Assembly: GCA_964510655.1 (NCBI GenBank)
Contig: CAZEAY010000001.1
Location: forward strand, 164,944 to 228,943
DNA length: 64,000 nt
Direction of reading: 5' to 3'
From: an uncultured Candidatus Saccharibacteria bacterium
GTDB taxonomy: Bacteria; Patescibacteriota; Minisyncoccia; Phycocordibacterales; XYD1-FULL-46-19
Shown here: piece by piece, positions 55,168 through 63,939 of the stretch
How the letters are laid out: every line of letters starts with the position of its first letter
How positions within the stretch are numbered: position 1 is the stretch's first letter
Notes under the pieces: model-generated
The model's database searches: none
What the model saw: only the letters and a program-made list of their open reading frames with translations
Told to the model about the DNA's origin: nothing
Made by a program: the position numbers and the translations under genes

Positions 55168-55698
55168 ATGATAAATCTTATGAAAAAAAAAGTATCAGAA
55201 ATAAAAAATGAATCAGATACTTCTTCGGACGTGAAAAAACAAATTTTTAGAAAAGGAGTTTCTGCTCTGATCTTAAATAAGAATCAGGAAGTTCTCTTGG
55301 TTAATCTCAGATCATTCGAGACTAAATTTTATGCTGTTCCGGGGGGAGGGATAGAAGCGGGTGAAACGTTAGACGATGCGGCTTACAGGGAAATCAAGGA
55401 GGAATTAGGTATTTCTAAAAAACTTCTTGAGTCAGTTGGTATGTCTACTAGTCCAATTAAGCTCTTATTTAAAACAGGGAAACTTAAAAGGGATGGGGTT
55501 GAATATGATGGCATGGAGAGATTCTTTTTTGGGTTTCACTTTTTAGGAAAAGATGACTACATAACCCTGCAATCCGATGAAATAAGAGGTTATAAATGGG
55601 TTACATTTAGTAACCTCAAAGATCATCTTCTTTTCGAAAATCAACTAGAGGATACTACTGAAAAATTACTAGAATTATTCCCCCATTTGAAGAGATGA
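55168..55698 (+). CDS. Nudix hydrolase
   Basis: Nudix box GGIEAGETLDDAAYREIKEELGI. Confidence 0.8.
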   Translation: MINLMKKKVSEIKNESDTSSDVKKQIFRKGVSALILNKNQEVLLVNLRSFETKFYAVPGGGIEAGETLDDAAYREIKEELGISKKLLESVGMSTSPIKLLFKTGKLKRDGVEYDGMERFFFGFHFLGKDDYITLQSDEIRGYKWVTFSNLKDHLLFENQLEDTTEKLLELFPHLKR

Positions 55699-55710
55699 AG
55701 ATATTATTTT

Positions 55711-56955
55711 ATGGATTATAAAGCTCCCCTTAATAAACCAACCCTTCTTTTTGTTGAGGAGTATGAGAGTACCCTATCTAGAAGTGTCATCTCGAACCAG
55801 ACAATCACATTAGTTTTATTGCGATTTAAGCAAAATATGTTATTTAGTCAGGAACACTTGGATAGGAGCTCTCATGTTCCCTGCTTTGTTTTCGACAAAA
55901 CGAAGCCGATAGAAAGTGAAACAAAGAAATTTAAAAAATTCTGTCGAGAAAGTGGGATTGTGGTTAATTATTTCTATAATGACTCTGAATATAACCAGGA
56001 GGTGATTCAGAAATTTGCCTCGCTGCTTGAATTTCCGGGTGCGCTGAATGAATATCAGGCCCGCTGTGTAAGAGATAAGGCCGTAATGAAAGATAAATTG
56101 CAAGAACTTGGATATCGGACAATGTCTTATCAAGAGCTGGGTTCTGTTGATGATGCGTTGGACTTTGCTGAAAAAAATGGCGGTTTTCCTTTTATTGTTA
56201 AGTGGCGCAGAGGACTTTCATCTAAAGAAGTATACCGGATTGAAAGCAGGGGGCAATTAGAAGCCCTTCAGCTTGATTATTCTACCGGGCGATTCATTGC
56301 AGAAACATATTGCCCATACTTGATCTGGAGTTTTGATTCACTAGTACAAGATGGGAAAGTTGTGGGAACTTTTCTTACTTGGCTTCCATACACCAATCTT
56401 AGCTTCGCAGAAAAGAAGGAGAAGTTCGCTCAAATCACAGTTGCAGAACAGCCGAAGAGTATTAGATTTGATGGAAGAAAAATAACTCAGGATATTATTA
56501 ATGGGATTGGCTTGGAAAATGGATACATAGAAGTCGAAGTGTTTGTTGATCCTTACGGGTCCCCTACAGTGTGCGAAATTGCGTGGCGAACCCCCGGAGA
56601 GCACATGTTGTCAAATCAAAGCCTAGCCTTTGGAGTAGATGTCTGCTCTTTATTAGTCGATATTATGGTTGGCAAAAAAATCCAACCGCTTCCTCTAAAT
56701 GGTCGACAGTGCGTCGGTGATATGTTTTTACCACTGACCAGTGGTACTGTCACTCAAATTTCTTCCTATGAGGATATAAGCGGTCTCGATGGAGTAATCA
56801 ATGGCGACGTTGTGTATAAACAAGGAGATGTTATCGAGTCAAAAAGACAATATACGAGTTGTGCCGGCTGGGTCCAAATCATCGGACAAAGTGCGGATGA
56901 GGTCTTAAATAGGATGTTAAGGGTATATGAGAAGTTTAAAATTGAAACGACCTAA
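55711..56955 (+). CDS. ATP-grasp-domain enzyme (carboxylate-amine ligase-like) with unknown N-terminal domain
   Basis: RDKAVMKDKLQELGYRTMSYQELGSVDDALDFAEKNGGFPFIVKWRRGLSSKEVYRIES. Confidence 0.55.
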   Translation: MDYKAPLNKPTLLFVEEYESTLSRSVISNQTITLVLLRFKQNMLFSQEHLDRSSHVPCFVFDKTKPIESETKKFKKFCRESGIVVNYFYNDSEYNQEVIQKFASLLEFPGALNEYQARCVRDKAVMKDKLQELGYRTMSYQELGSVDDALDFAEKNGGFPFIVKWRRGLSSKEVYRIESRGQLEALQLDYSTGRFIAETYCPYLIWSFDSLVQDGKVVGTFLTWLPYTNLSFAEKKEKFAQITVAEQPKSIRFDGRKITQDIINGIGLENGYIEVEVFVDPYGSPTVCEIAWRTPGEHMLSNQSLAFGVDVCSLLVDIMVGKKIQPLPLNGRQCVGDMFLPLTSGTVTQISSYEDISGLDGVINGDVVYKQGDVIESKRQYTSCAGWVQIIGQSADEVLNRMLRVYEKFKIETT

Positions 56956-57010
56956 GCAACTTAGTTCCATCTGAGACCAGCACTATGAAAAAAGTACAAT
57001 AAAACCAAGT

Positions 57011-57901
57011 ATGAAAAAATTCAATAAAATAGCTATTATTGATACAGTTAAAATTGCTGAGGAGGCAAAGGAGCAAATACAGCTTTACTCAAGTGAACCG
57101 GTTATTTATCCTGACCACGACACAAAAGATGAGAAGGAAATTTCTCAGAGAATTAATGACGCAGATGCTGCGTTGGGAAATTGGCATTCAAAAATAAATG
57201 CTTCAATCTTAAAACATACTCCAAATCTTAAATATATTGGAATTTGTGGAACAAGTTTAGCGAATATTGATCTTGAGGCGATAAGAAAACATAACATAGT
57301 TATCAAAAACGTCACAGATTATGGCGATCAAAGTACGGCTGAATATATTTTTGCGCAACTACTCAATCTCTTTAGGGGGTTCGGTAAACACATGTGGAGA
57401 ACCGAACCTAGTGAGCTTTACACAAAAACAATTGGAATCGTCGGTCTAGGAGCAACAGGGCAGCAAGTTGCCGGGATGGCTTTGGGATTTAAAATGAAAG
57501 TTTTATATTACAGTAAAACCAGAAAGGCGGAGTGGGAGAAGAAAGGAGTTCAATATTTTCCCATTGATGATTTACTAAGGAAGAGCGATATCATATCTAT
57601 GCACGTTCCTAAAAATACTAAGATTATTGGAAAAGATGAATTGGAAAAAATCGGTAATGGCAAAATTATAACCGATACTTGCTTAGGAAACATTTATAAA
57701 GATATTGATGCAGTCCGACTGTGGCTTGGAAATGAAAATAATTTTTTAATAAGAGATCATCATCCTGAAATAAAAGAAAAACTCGGTGATTTGAGTAGAT
57801 TTATATACACAGATGCAATAGCCGGAATAACAGCAGATACCCGAGAAAGGCTAGGTGCGAAGGTTATAGATAATATCAAAGCCTATCTAAAAGACAATTA
57901 A
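57011..57901 (+). CDS. D-isomer-specific 2-hydroxyacid dehydrogenase family (NAD-binding)
   Basis: TIGIVGLGATGQQVAGMALGFKMKVLYYSK (GxGxxG Rossmann), DIISMHVPKN. Confidence 0.75.
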   Translation: MKKFNKIAIIDTVKIAEEAKEQIQLYSSEPVIYPDHDTKDEKEISQRINDADAALGNWHSKINASILKHTPNLKYIGICGTSLANIDLEAIRKHNIVIKNVTDYGDQSTAEYIFAQLLNLFRGFGKHMWRTEPSELYTKTIGIVGLGATGQQVAGMALGFKMKVLYYSKTRKAEWEKKGVQYFPIDDLLRKSDIISMHVPKNTKIIGKDELEKIGNGKIITDTCLGNIYKDIDAVRLWLGNENNFLIRDHHPEIKEKLGDLSRFIYTDAIAGITADTRERLGAKVIDNIKAYLKDN

Positions 57902-57929
57902 CTCGTGCTGAAAGTGTGGGCCACAACTT

Positions 57930-57967
57930 AGAACTAAAAATACCCAAGCAAGAATCTGCTTGGGTAT
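57930..57967 (-). terminator. intrinsic terminator for the NDK-like gene
   Basis: acccaagcag-attc-ttgcttgggt then T-run on the minus strand. Confidence 0.6.
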
Positions 57968-58401
57968 CATAGCATGCGGAAGACCCCAACGTCTTTTTCC
58001 GCTTCCATCATGTTCCTAGATCGATGAATGATATTTTGATAATATCTGACACCATCGATCATAAGGGGTTTTCTCCCGCCGAATTTAAAGCGTATACTTT
58101 CGGGGGAGCAATCGACAGGATCAAGTTCTGTGCCTGTGATTCGAAGAAGCGTACTAATAGCGTTTTTCCCAACTACAAGCCCTGCTTCAACGAGTCCATC
58201 CACAAGAGGTTTGAAAATTGCATCTCTGTACCTCTCAGGCAGGTCAGAATAAATGATTTCCAATGCCCAACGTGGCATCTCAAGACTCTTGCTACCTGAG
58301 ATAGTTAGGCCACCAGCCTCGATCATTGCTCTGACTTCTTCACGAAATACCAAACCATGGGGCTTGATAATGTAAAAACTAGTTTCCAGAGTACTGTCCA
58401 T
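57967..58401 (-). CDS. nucleoside-diphosphate-kinase-like protein (divergent, GC-rich)
   Basis: YIIKPHGL (like IIKPDG), PLVDGLVEAGLVVG, NIIHRSRN (NDK active-site N..H.S pattern); AGGAG SD; consensus promoter upstream. Confidence 0.55.
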   Translation of the reverse strand: MDSTLETSFYIIKPHGLVFREEVRAMIEAGGLTISGSKSLEMPRWALEIIYSDLPERYRDAIFKPLVDGLVEAGLVVGKNAISTLLRITGTELDPVDCSPESIRFKFGGRKPLMIDGVRYYQNIIHRSRNMMEAEKDVGVFRML

Positions 58402-58466
58402 GAACCCAGCTCCTATTTAAAAAACTGAGTTGTGCTTGTTTTAAACACAAACTACATCCTTTCTTT

Positions 58467-58495
58467 TTTATATACCATATTTCACATATTGTCAA
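58467..58495 (-). promoter_or_regulatory. sigma70 promoter TTGACA-17-TATAAA for the NDK-like gene
   Basis: minus-strand TTGACAatatgtgaaatatggtaTATAAA. Confidence 0.55.
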
Positions 58496-58538
58496 TATTA
58501 CACCTAAAGCACACCTGGAGTAGTTTGAGAAAAAATAC

Positions 58539-59183
58539 TCACACTAACTTAAAGTAATCCAAGCTTGTTTTTATGAAACTTTCAGTGTCAGACTGTTTTA
58601 GCCAGATATTTTTGATTTCCTGTAATTTACCTTTTAGGTCGGGATAGAAAAGTAATTCTTCTGCTCCAATCGCTTTTTGGATTGACGGTAAATTTAGAAA
58701 AATCACATTAAATATCTCCGACAACTCCCAAAGCTTGTCGTCATTTCTAATTCCTAATTTCTCACAAAAATCATAAAAGGCAAAGTGGGTTAATTCATGG
58801 GCAATAACCTCTTTTCGCATATCATATGAACGCTTGTAATAGACCTGGAAGCTCTTAGTTTCTAGATAGCGTGGGTTGCAGTTAAAAATAGACAAGTAAC
58901 AAGTATAGTTTTCTTTACTATAATCTTTGCCAAAATATTTTTTAAGTTCAAAAAATAGCGGCTCTTTTATTTCATTGAAACAATTTCCAGTATCTTCTAA
59001 AACTTTCTCTAATTCATCCTTTTTTGCAATATAAAAATCATCTATGTACTCTACATGATTTTCTTTCTTAATATTTGGATGATCATCACGTATTTTTTTA
59101 CCAAAATCTGCACCACCAATAACAGCATCACAAAAAGCCAAATATACTTCTTTATCTAATTTTTTATTTAATTCTATTTCCAT
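58539..59183 (-). CDS. hypothetical HExxH-motif protein (putative Zn-metallohydrolase)
   Basis: VIAHELTHFAF; similar size and motif context to the 62586 gene. Confidence 0.4.
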   Translation of the reverse strand: MEIELNKKLDKEVYLAFCDAVIGGADFGKKIRDDHPNIKKENHVEYIDDFYIAKKDELEKVLEDTGNCFNEIKEPLFFELKKYFGKDYSKENYTCYLSIFNCNPRYLETKSFQVYYKRSYDMRKEVIAHELTHFAFYDFCEKLGIRNDDKLWELSEIFNVIFLNLPSIQKAIGAEELLFYPDLKGKLQEIKNIWLKQSDTESFIKTSLDYFKLV

Positions 59184-59185
59184 AT

Positions 59186-59779
59186 TTAAAAGATAACATC
59201 AAAAAGTTCAGTATTAGAAACTTCTGACCCATAAGTAACTGCCTTCATCCTATTTTCTATCGCGAAATGACAATTTAAACCGCTGTCGTCTATAACCAAA
59301 ATATCTTCTGGAGCAATAGCGGGGTTTAATTTTTGTGTTTCTTGGATGGCAAATTGCCAAAAGGCGTCGTCTGGCTTGGCCACCCCGGCTTCGGACGAGT
59401 TTATCACCAAGTCTGGCAAATCGGCTATTTGATATTTTTCCATTAACACACCGAGGGCACTGGAGTTATTTGTCGTATAAACAATCAATTTGCCAGCCTG
59501 TTTCGCCTTTAATAAAAGATCATACAGAGCATTGTTTCTACTCTCTGAATCAAATAATTCAGAACAGTATTTATTCCAAATTTCCCCAGATACACCTTTT
59601 TCTTTTAAGAAATCATCAATTTCTTTATCTGTTCTATCTTTAGTCTGTAAGTATTTAAAAATTTCACCCACAAGCTCTTTCTTGAGTCCAAATTCTTTTT
59701 CATATTTTTCTTTTATCGCTGATGTATTATTTACAACAAGCACACCACCAATATCAACAAATAAAACTTTAATGGACAT
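59186..59779 (-). CDS. HAD-superfamily hydrolase
   Basis: motif I VLFVDIGGVL (DxG), motif IV ILVIDDSGLN. Confidence 0.65.
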   Translation of the reverse strand: MSIKVLFVDIGGVLVVNNTSAIKEKYEKEFGLKKELVGEIFKYLQTKDRTDKEIDDFLKEKGVSGEIWNKYCSELFDSESRNNALYDLLLKAKQAGKLIVYTTNNSSALGVLMEKYQIADLPDLVINSSEAGVAKPDDAFWQFAIQETQKLNPAIAPEDILVIDDSGLNCHFAIENRMKAVTYGSEVSNTELFDVIF

Positions 59780-59905
59780 AGTTATTATAATTCACAAAAT
59801 CTTCTTAAACATATTCAGAGAGATTTTAATTAGGAATAAAGCTATGGGCATTATAGATTAAGGACCATTTGATTACAACACAGAATATAGTAGACTGGAA
59901 TTACT

Positions 59906-60319
59906 ATGGAAAAAAGAGTCAGGGCTGTAATTATTCAGAATGGTTCTGTTCTACTGATTCATCGGGTCAAACCAGACCGAGAATACTGGGTTTTCCCCGG
60001 AGGCGGCCTTAAGAAAACCGATGCTACACCTCAGGATGGCCTGAAACGTGAGTGTCTAGAGGAGCTCGGAGTTACTATTGAGGTCGGAGATCTCTTTAAG
60101 GAAGAGATATATGATTTTTCTCTCGAAAAACAGATTGAGCTCTTCTATCTCTGCAGGATTACTGGTGGGAAAATTGGAACTGGCACTGGTCCAGAGTTTA
60201 CCCGTGATCCGGGGCAATCTGGTACCTACGAACCTCAATGGATCTTAATCAGCGATCTCAACAGCAAGAATGTCCAGCCGACCACAATAAGAAATATGGT
60301 GGTAAGTGTAAGTTCATAA
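59906..60319 (+). CDS. Nudix hydrolase
   Basis: WVFPGGGLKKTDATPQDGLKRECLEELGV (Nudix-box variant with RECLEELGV). Confidence 0.7.
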   Translation: MEKRVRAVIIQNGSVLLIHRVKPDREYWVFPGGGLKKTDATPQDGLKRECLEELGVTIEVGDLFKEEIYDFSLEKQIELFYLCRITGGKIGTGTGPEFTRDPGQSGTYEPQWILISDLNSKNVQPTTIRNMVVSVSS

Positions 60320-60330
60320 AAATAATTAAC

Positions 60331-61311
60331 ATGAAAAAAATATATCCAAAAAAATTACAGGCGGGTGATGAGATAAGAATAGTTGCTCCCTCACATTCTA
60401 TATCAATTATTTCAGAGGCAAACCGTGAAATCGCTAATAAACGTCTTTCTGATTTAGGCTTTAAAGTAACGTTTGGTAAAAACGTAGAAGAAAGTGATGA
60501 ATTTCATTCTTCATCCATTAAATCTCGGGTCGCAGACTTACACAAAGCCTTTTTGGATAAAAAGGTAAAAGGAATCTTTACTGTCATTGGCGGATTTAAC
60601 TGTAATCAGCTTTTAAAATATATTGATTGGAAAATAATCAAAAACAATCCTAAAGTATTTATTGGATATTCAGACACAACTGCGTTACAAAATGCCATTT
60701 TTGCCAAAACTGGTTTAATTACATATTCTGGACCCGCCTGGTCTACCTTTGGTCAAAAACTACATTTCGATTACACACTAGACTATTTCAAGAAATGCTT
60801 AATGTCTGACGAGGTCGTTGAAATTAAGCCGGCTAAAGAATGGAGCGACGACGCTTGGTATAAAGATCAAGATAATCGAGTATTGATAAAAAATGACGGC
60901 TGGCTCATCATAAATAAAGGGCAAGCTTCGGGAACAATCCTGGGAGCTAATCTTTGTACCTTAAACCTACTCCAAGGAACAGAGTATTTCCCAAATTTAA
61001 AAGATTCAGTTTTGTTCATAGAAGATGATGAAGAATCGAAGTCTGGAAATTTTGACCGAGACTTACAATCTCTCATTCACCAGCCATCATTCAAAGGGGT
61101 AAAAGGAATTGTAATCGGACGATTCCAAAATGCGAGTAAAATGACGAACGATAAGTTGATAAAAATAATAAAAACCAAAGCCGAATTAAAAAATATTCCC
61201 GTAATTACCAATGTGGATTTTGGTCACACCAGCCCAATCATCACTTTCCCAATTGGTGGAGAGGTAAAGATCGATACTAAAAAGAAGAGTATTGTAATTA
61301 CCAAACACTAA
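60331..61311 (+). CDS. LD-carboxypeptidase / MccF-like peptidase S66
   Basis: GDEIRIVAPS, nucleophile block FIGYSDTTAL, C-terminal GHTSP; ATG at 60331 (track start 60238 overlaps the Nudix gene). Confidence 0.8.
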   Translation: MKKIYPKKLQAGDEIRIVAPSHSISIISEANREIANKRLSDLGFKVTFGKNVEESDEFHSSSIKSRVADLHKAFLDKKVKGIFTVIGGFNCNQLLKYIDWKIIKNNPKVFIGYSDTTALQNAIFAKTGLITYSGPAWSTFGQKLHFDYTLDYFKKCLMSDEVVEIKPAKEWSDDAWYKDQDNRVLIKNDGWLIINKGQASGTILGANLCTLNLLQGTEYFPNLKDSVLFIEDDEESKSGNFDRDLQSLIHQPSFKGVKGIVIGRFQNASKMTNDKLIKIIKTKAELKNIPVITNVDFGHTSPIITFPIGGEVKIDTKKKSIVITKH

Positions 61312-61313
61312 AA

Positions 61314-61952
61314 ATGGATAGGAATCTGATATATTTAGCCGGTGGAGGAGGGGAACAGCAAACCTTTTTATTTGATGATGTTTATCTAAAAAGCCTACCT
61401 AAAAACGGCAAAATTTTATATTTACCAATTGCTCTTCGTGGTCATAAATTATATGAAGATGCTCCGAAGTGGCTCAGGGACTTAATAAATTCACACAACC
61501 GACAAGATATAGAGATTGAAACATGGACAGAAATAGAAAATAAAAACTTTTCTGATTTACAAGATTTTGACAGTATCTTCATTGGTGGTGGAAACACTTG
61601 GAGTTTACTCAAAGAAATCAGAGAATCTGACTTTGATAAACTACTTATAGAATTTCTGGCGACAAGAGGATCAATTTATGGAGGCAGTGCTGGAGCAATT
61701 ATTTTGGGTAAAAAAATTACTAGCCCAGATGAAAATGAAGTTGAATGGAAAGATGACAACGGCCTTGACCTGCTGGGAGATTATTCGGTCTTCTGCCATT
61801 ACAAAACTGATCAAGAAAATGAGTGTCAAAAATGGTCTGAGGACAATAAACTACCAGTAATCTGCCTATCGGAAGAAACAGGAAGTGTGTTTGATGAAGG
61901 AAGGTTTGAAATTATTGGAGATGGGCAAGGAATGATAATTAAAACAACATAA
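61314..61952 (+). CDS. peptidase S51 family (dipeptidase E / cyanophycinase-like)
   Basis: IYLAGGGG, FIGGGNTWSLL, GGSAGAIILG (S51 Ser block). Confidence 0.75.
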   Translation: MDRNLIYLAGGGGEQQTFLFDDVYLKSLPKNGKILYLPIALRGHKLYEDAPKWLRDLINSHNRQDIEIETWTEIENKNFSDLQDFDSIFIGGGNTWSLLKEIRESDFDKLLIEFLATRGSIYGGSAGAIILGKKITSPDENEVEWKDDNGLDLLGDYSVFCHYKTDQENECQKWSEDNKLPVICLSEETGSVFDEGRFEIIGDGQGMIIKTT

Positions 61953-62519
61953 TTATTTATTTTTTCCCAAATACTCGGCGAGCTTAGACCAAGTATCTAA
62001 TTTTTCACTCCAGAAATTTAACATTTCTTCATCAGAAATCTCAGTCGCAATTTGAGAAAAACCTTCAGGAATAAAAACTTGATTAATAGGGGAATATCCC
62101 ACTGGTCCCACAGAAAGAGGCATTTTACCAAAAGCGGACGAACAAAAAACAACCGGCTCTTGTCCGGGAACACAATAAGCTAAACTACTGCGCACCTCAA
62201 TTTTTCGATTTTCTTTTCCAGACATTAGGAGCAAGTAATCTTCCGCCGATAACCAATTATTAGTGAATTTAATAAATGGTCCCGGAAAGCCATTTAGGGC
62301 TTCAATGTAATAGCCAGCATCTTCCACAATTACAGGAGCGTTTAATTCATTAGCCGCTAGTTTAGCCGAGAAAGCGGAAATCTCATTCACATCAGTAGAT
62401 TGAATCTCGTGAAGGTTCTCAATGTTTTTATGAGTGAGATTTATTCCAAAAGCACCAAGTGCCTTTTGGGCAACTTCAAATTTTCGACTGTTGCTGGTGA
62501 CAAAAATTAAATCAGCCAT
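61953..62519 (-). CDS. non-canonical purine NTP pyrophosphatase (Ham1/RdgB/ITPase)
   Basis: LIFVTSNSRKFEVAQ, EDAGYYIEALNGFPGPFIKF. Confidence 0.85.
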   Translation of the reverse strand: MADLIFVTSNSRKFEVAQKALGAFGINLTHKNIENLHEIQSTDVNEISAFSAKLAANELNAPVIVEDAGYYIEALNGFPGPFIKFTNNWLSAEDYLLLMSGKENRKIEVRSSLAYCVPGQEPVVFCSSAFGKMPLSVGPVGYSPINQVFIPEGFSQIATEISDEEMLNFWSEKLDTWSKLAEYLGKNK

Positions 62520-62585
62520 GTTTTTATCTCTATTATGAAAGACGTATAAATTCTAATAAATTAGGCATATAATATCATTTAATTA

Positions 62586-63269
62586 GTGAAACATAAACCA
62601 AGTATGGAAACTTTTGAACAAAAAGAGGGTGAGCCAACAAAATTAGACTTTGAATTTAGCGTCAAGCAAGATACCGACCGAATAAAAAACACCCTACAAA
62701 AAGCGGGGTGGTATCAAAAAAATGGTTATAAACCCAAGATGCCAAAAGACCTTTCATTAGAAGAAATGGGGGACTTATCTGAAGAAGAAGTTAAAAAAAT
62801 AATTGCTGATGAATTTGATGGGGAGGAATATAAATCAATTATTAGTAAGATTGAAGAAGACTGGGAAAAATTTGAACCACAACTACGCATTGGATTAGCT
62901 AATTTGGGAATAGACATAGACACTCGGTATCAAATAATGTTAACAAGATACGGGACCGGCGGGAGTTATAATAATAATTGGAATCCTAAGGGGGTGACAG
63001 TAAACATTGCCGAAAAACAAGAAGTTTCTGTTATTGCAATAATCTGTCATGAAATAGTCCACCTATGTATTCAGGATTTGATTGAAAAATATAACGTGTC
63101 GCACTGGTCAAAAGAGCATATTGTAGATTTGATAATAAAAAGTATTTTTGCAGATGAAAGGATGCAGAAAATCGATCCAATCCTTGCATCCCAAATTGAC
63201 GAAATATTTGGAAGAGATAAAACAAATATAGAGGATATAATTAAAAAAGTTGGTAATTTAAAACAATGA
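62586..63269 (+). CDS. hypothetical HExxH-motif protein (putative Zn-metallohydrolase)
   Basis: VIAIICHEIVHL; acidic N-terminus. Confidence 0.4.
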   Translation: MKHKPSMETFEQKEGEPTKLDFEFSVKQDTDRIKNTLQKAGWYQKNGYKPKMPKDLSLEEMGDLSEEEVKKIIADEFDGEEYKSIISKIEEDWEKFEPQLRIGLANLGIDIDTRYQIMLTRYGTGGSYNNNWNPKGVTVNIAEKQEVSVIAIICHEIVHLCIQDLIEKYNVSHWSKEHIVDLIIKSIFADERMQKIDPILASQIDEIFGRDKTNIEDIIKKVGNLKQ

Positions 63270-63808
63270 AAATAATAGTCGGATCGGTTAGTGACCGGAA
63301 AATTAAAACAGTGGAGAAGGTGGTCAGGCAACTGGTTGGCGAATCTAGCGACCTCAACGTTTGTGGCTATGCCGCAAATTCTGGTGTTCCCAATACTCCT
63401 TATGACAAACAAACATACACTGGAGCCCATAATCGATCCAAGGAAAGCCGATTAGGAGCCGGAGAAGCCGATTATTATATTGGGCTAGAAAGTGGTCTAG
63501 TAGAGCGTTATGGTCATTTATACGAAGAGGCTTGGGCTTGTATAATAGACAAAAACGGTCAAGATTTTTTTGGTTATTCTAGTGGTCTAAAAGTACCAGA
63601 CTATGTTTTAAAAAGAATGAAAGAATGTGAGTTAGAACATTGTGATGTAATGTATGAGCTAGAAAAAGAAAATAATAAACTTCGCAACAGTGACACCTGG
63701 CATAGTTATTCTGGTGGACTAATATTGCGAGAGATCAGTTTAGAAGAAGCTGTCCGCAATGCATTTATCCAGATCATCGCTCCGGAGAATAGTTTCTATC
63801 AAAAATAA
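63266..63808 (+). CDS. YjjX-like (DUF84) inosine/xanthosine triphosphatase
   Basis: MKIIVGSVSDRKIKTVEKVVRQLV, GYAANSGVPNTPYDKQTYTGAHNRS, ADYYIGLESGL resemble the YjjX pattern; ATGA overlap with the previous gene. Confidence 0.65.
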   Translation: MKIIVGSVSDRKIKTVEKVVRQLVGESSDLNVCGYAANSGVPNTPYDKQTYTGAHNRSKESRLGAGEADYYIGLESGLVERYGHLYEEAWACIIDKNGQDFFGYSSGLKVPDYVLKRMKECELEHCDVMYELEKENNKLRNSDTWHSYSGGLILREISLEEAVRNAFIQIIAPENSFYQK

Positions 63809-63939
63809 GAGATATAAACTCTTTTTTATTTCGCCCATCGGAGAGATAGAACCAACAAAAAAAAATGATTTGACATTTGAATCAACAATGGTATAGTTAT
63901 TTGCGGACAATTCTTATTTTGACGAGGAGGTGCCTGAAG

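Noticed and set aside
3838-58401. Integron-like interpretation of the GC-rich cassettes, with the hairpins as attC sites
   Set aside because: The cassettes are scattered singly across 55 kb rather than arrayed. Each carries its own promoter. The downstream hairpins are classic GC-stem plus T-run terminators, and I could not discern shared R'/R''-type cores. No integrase gene is in the window.
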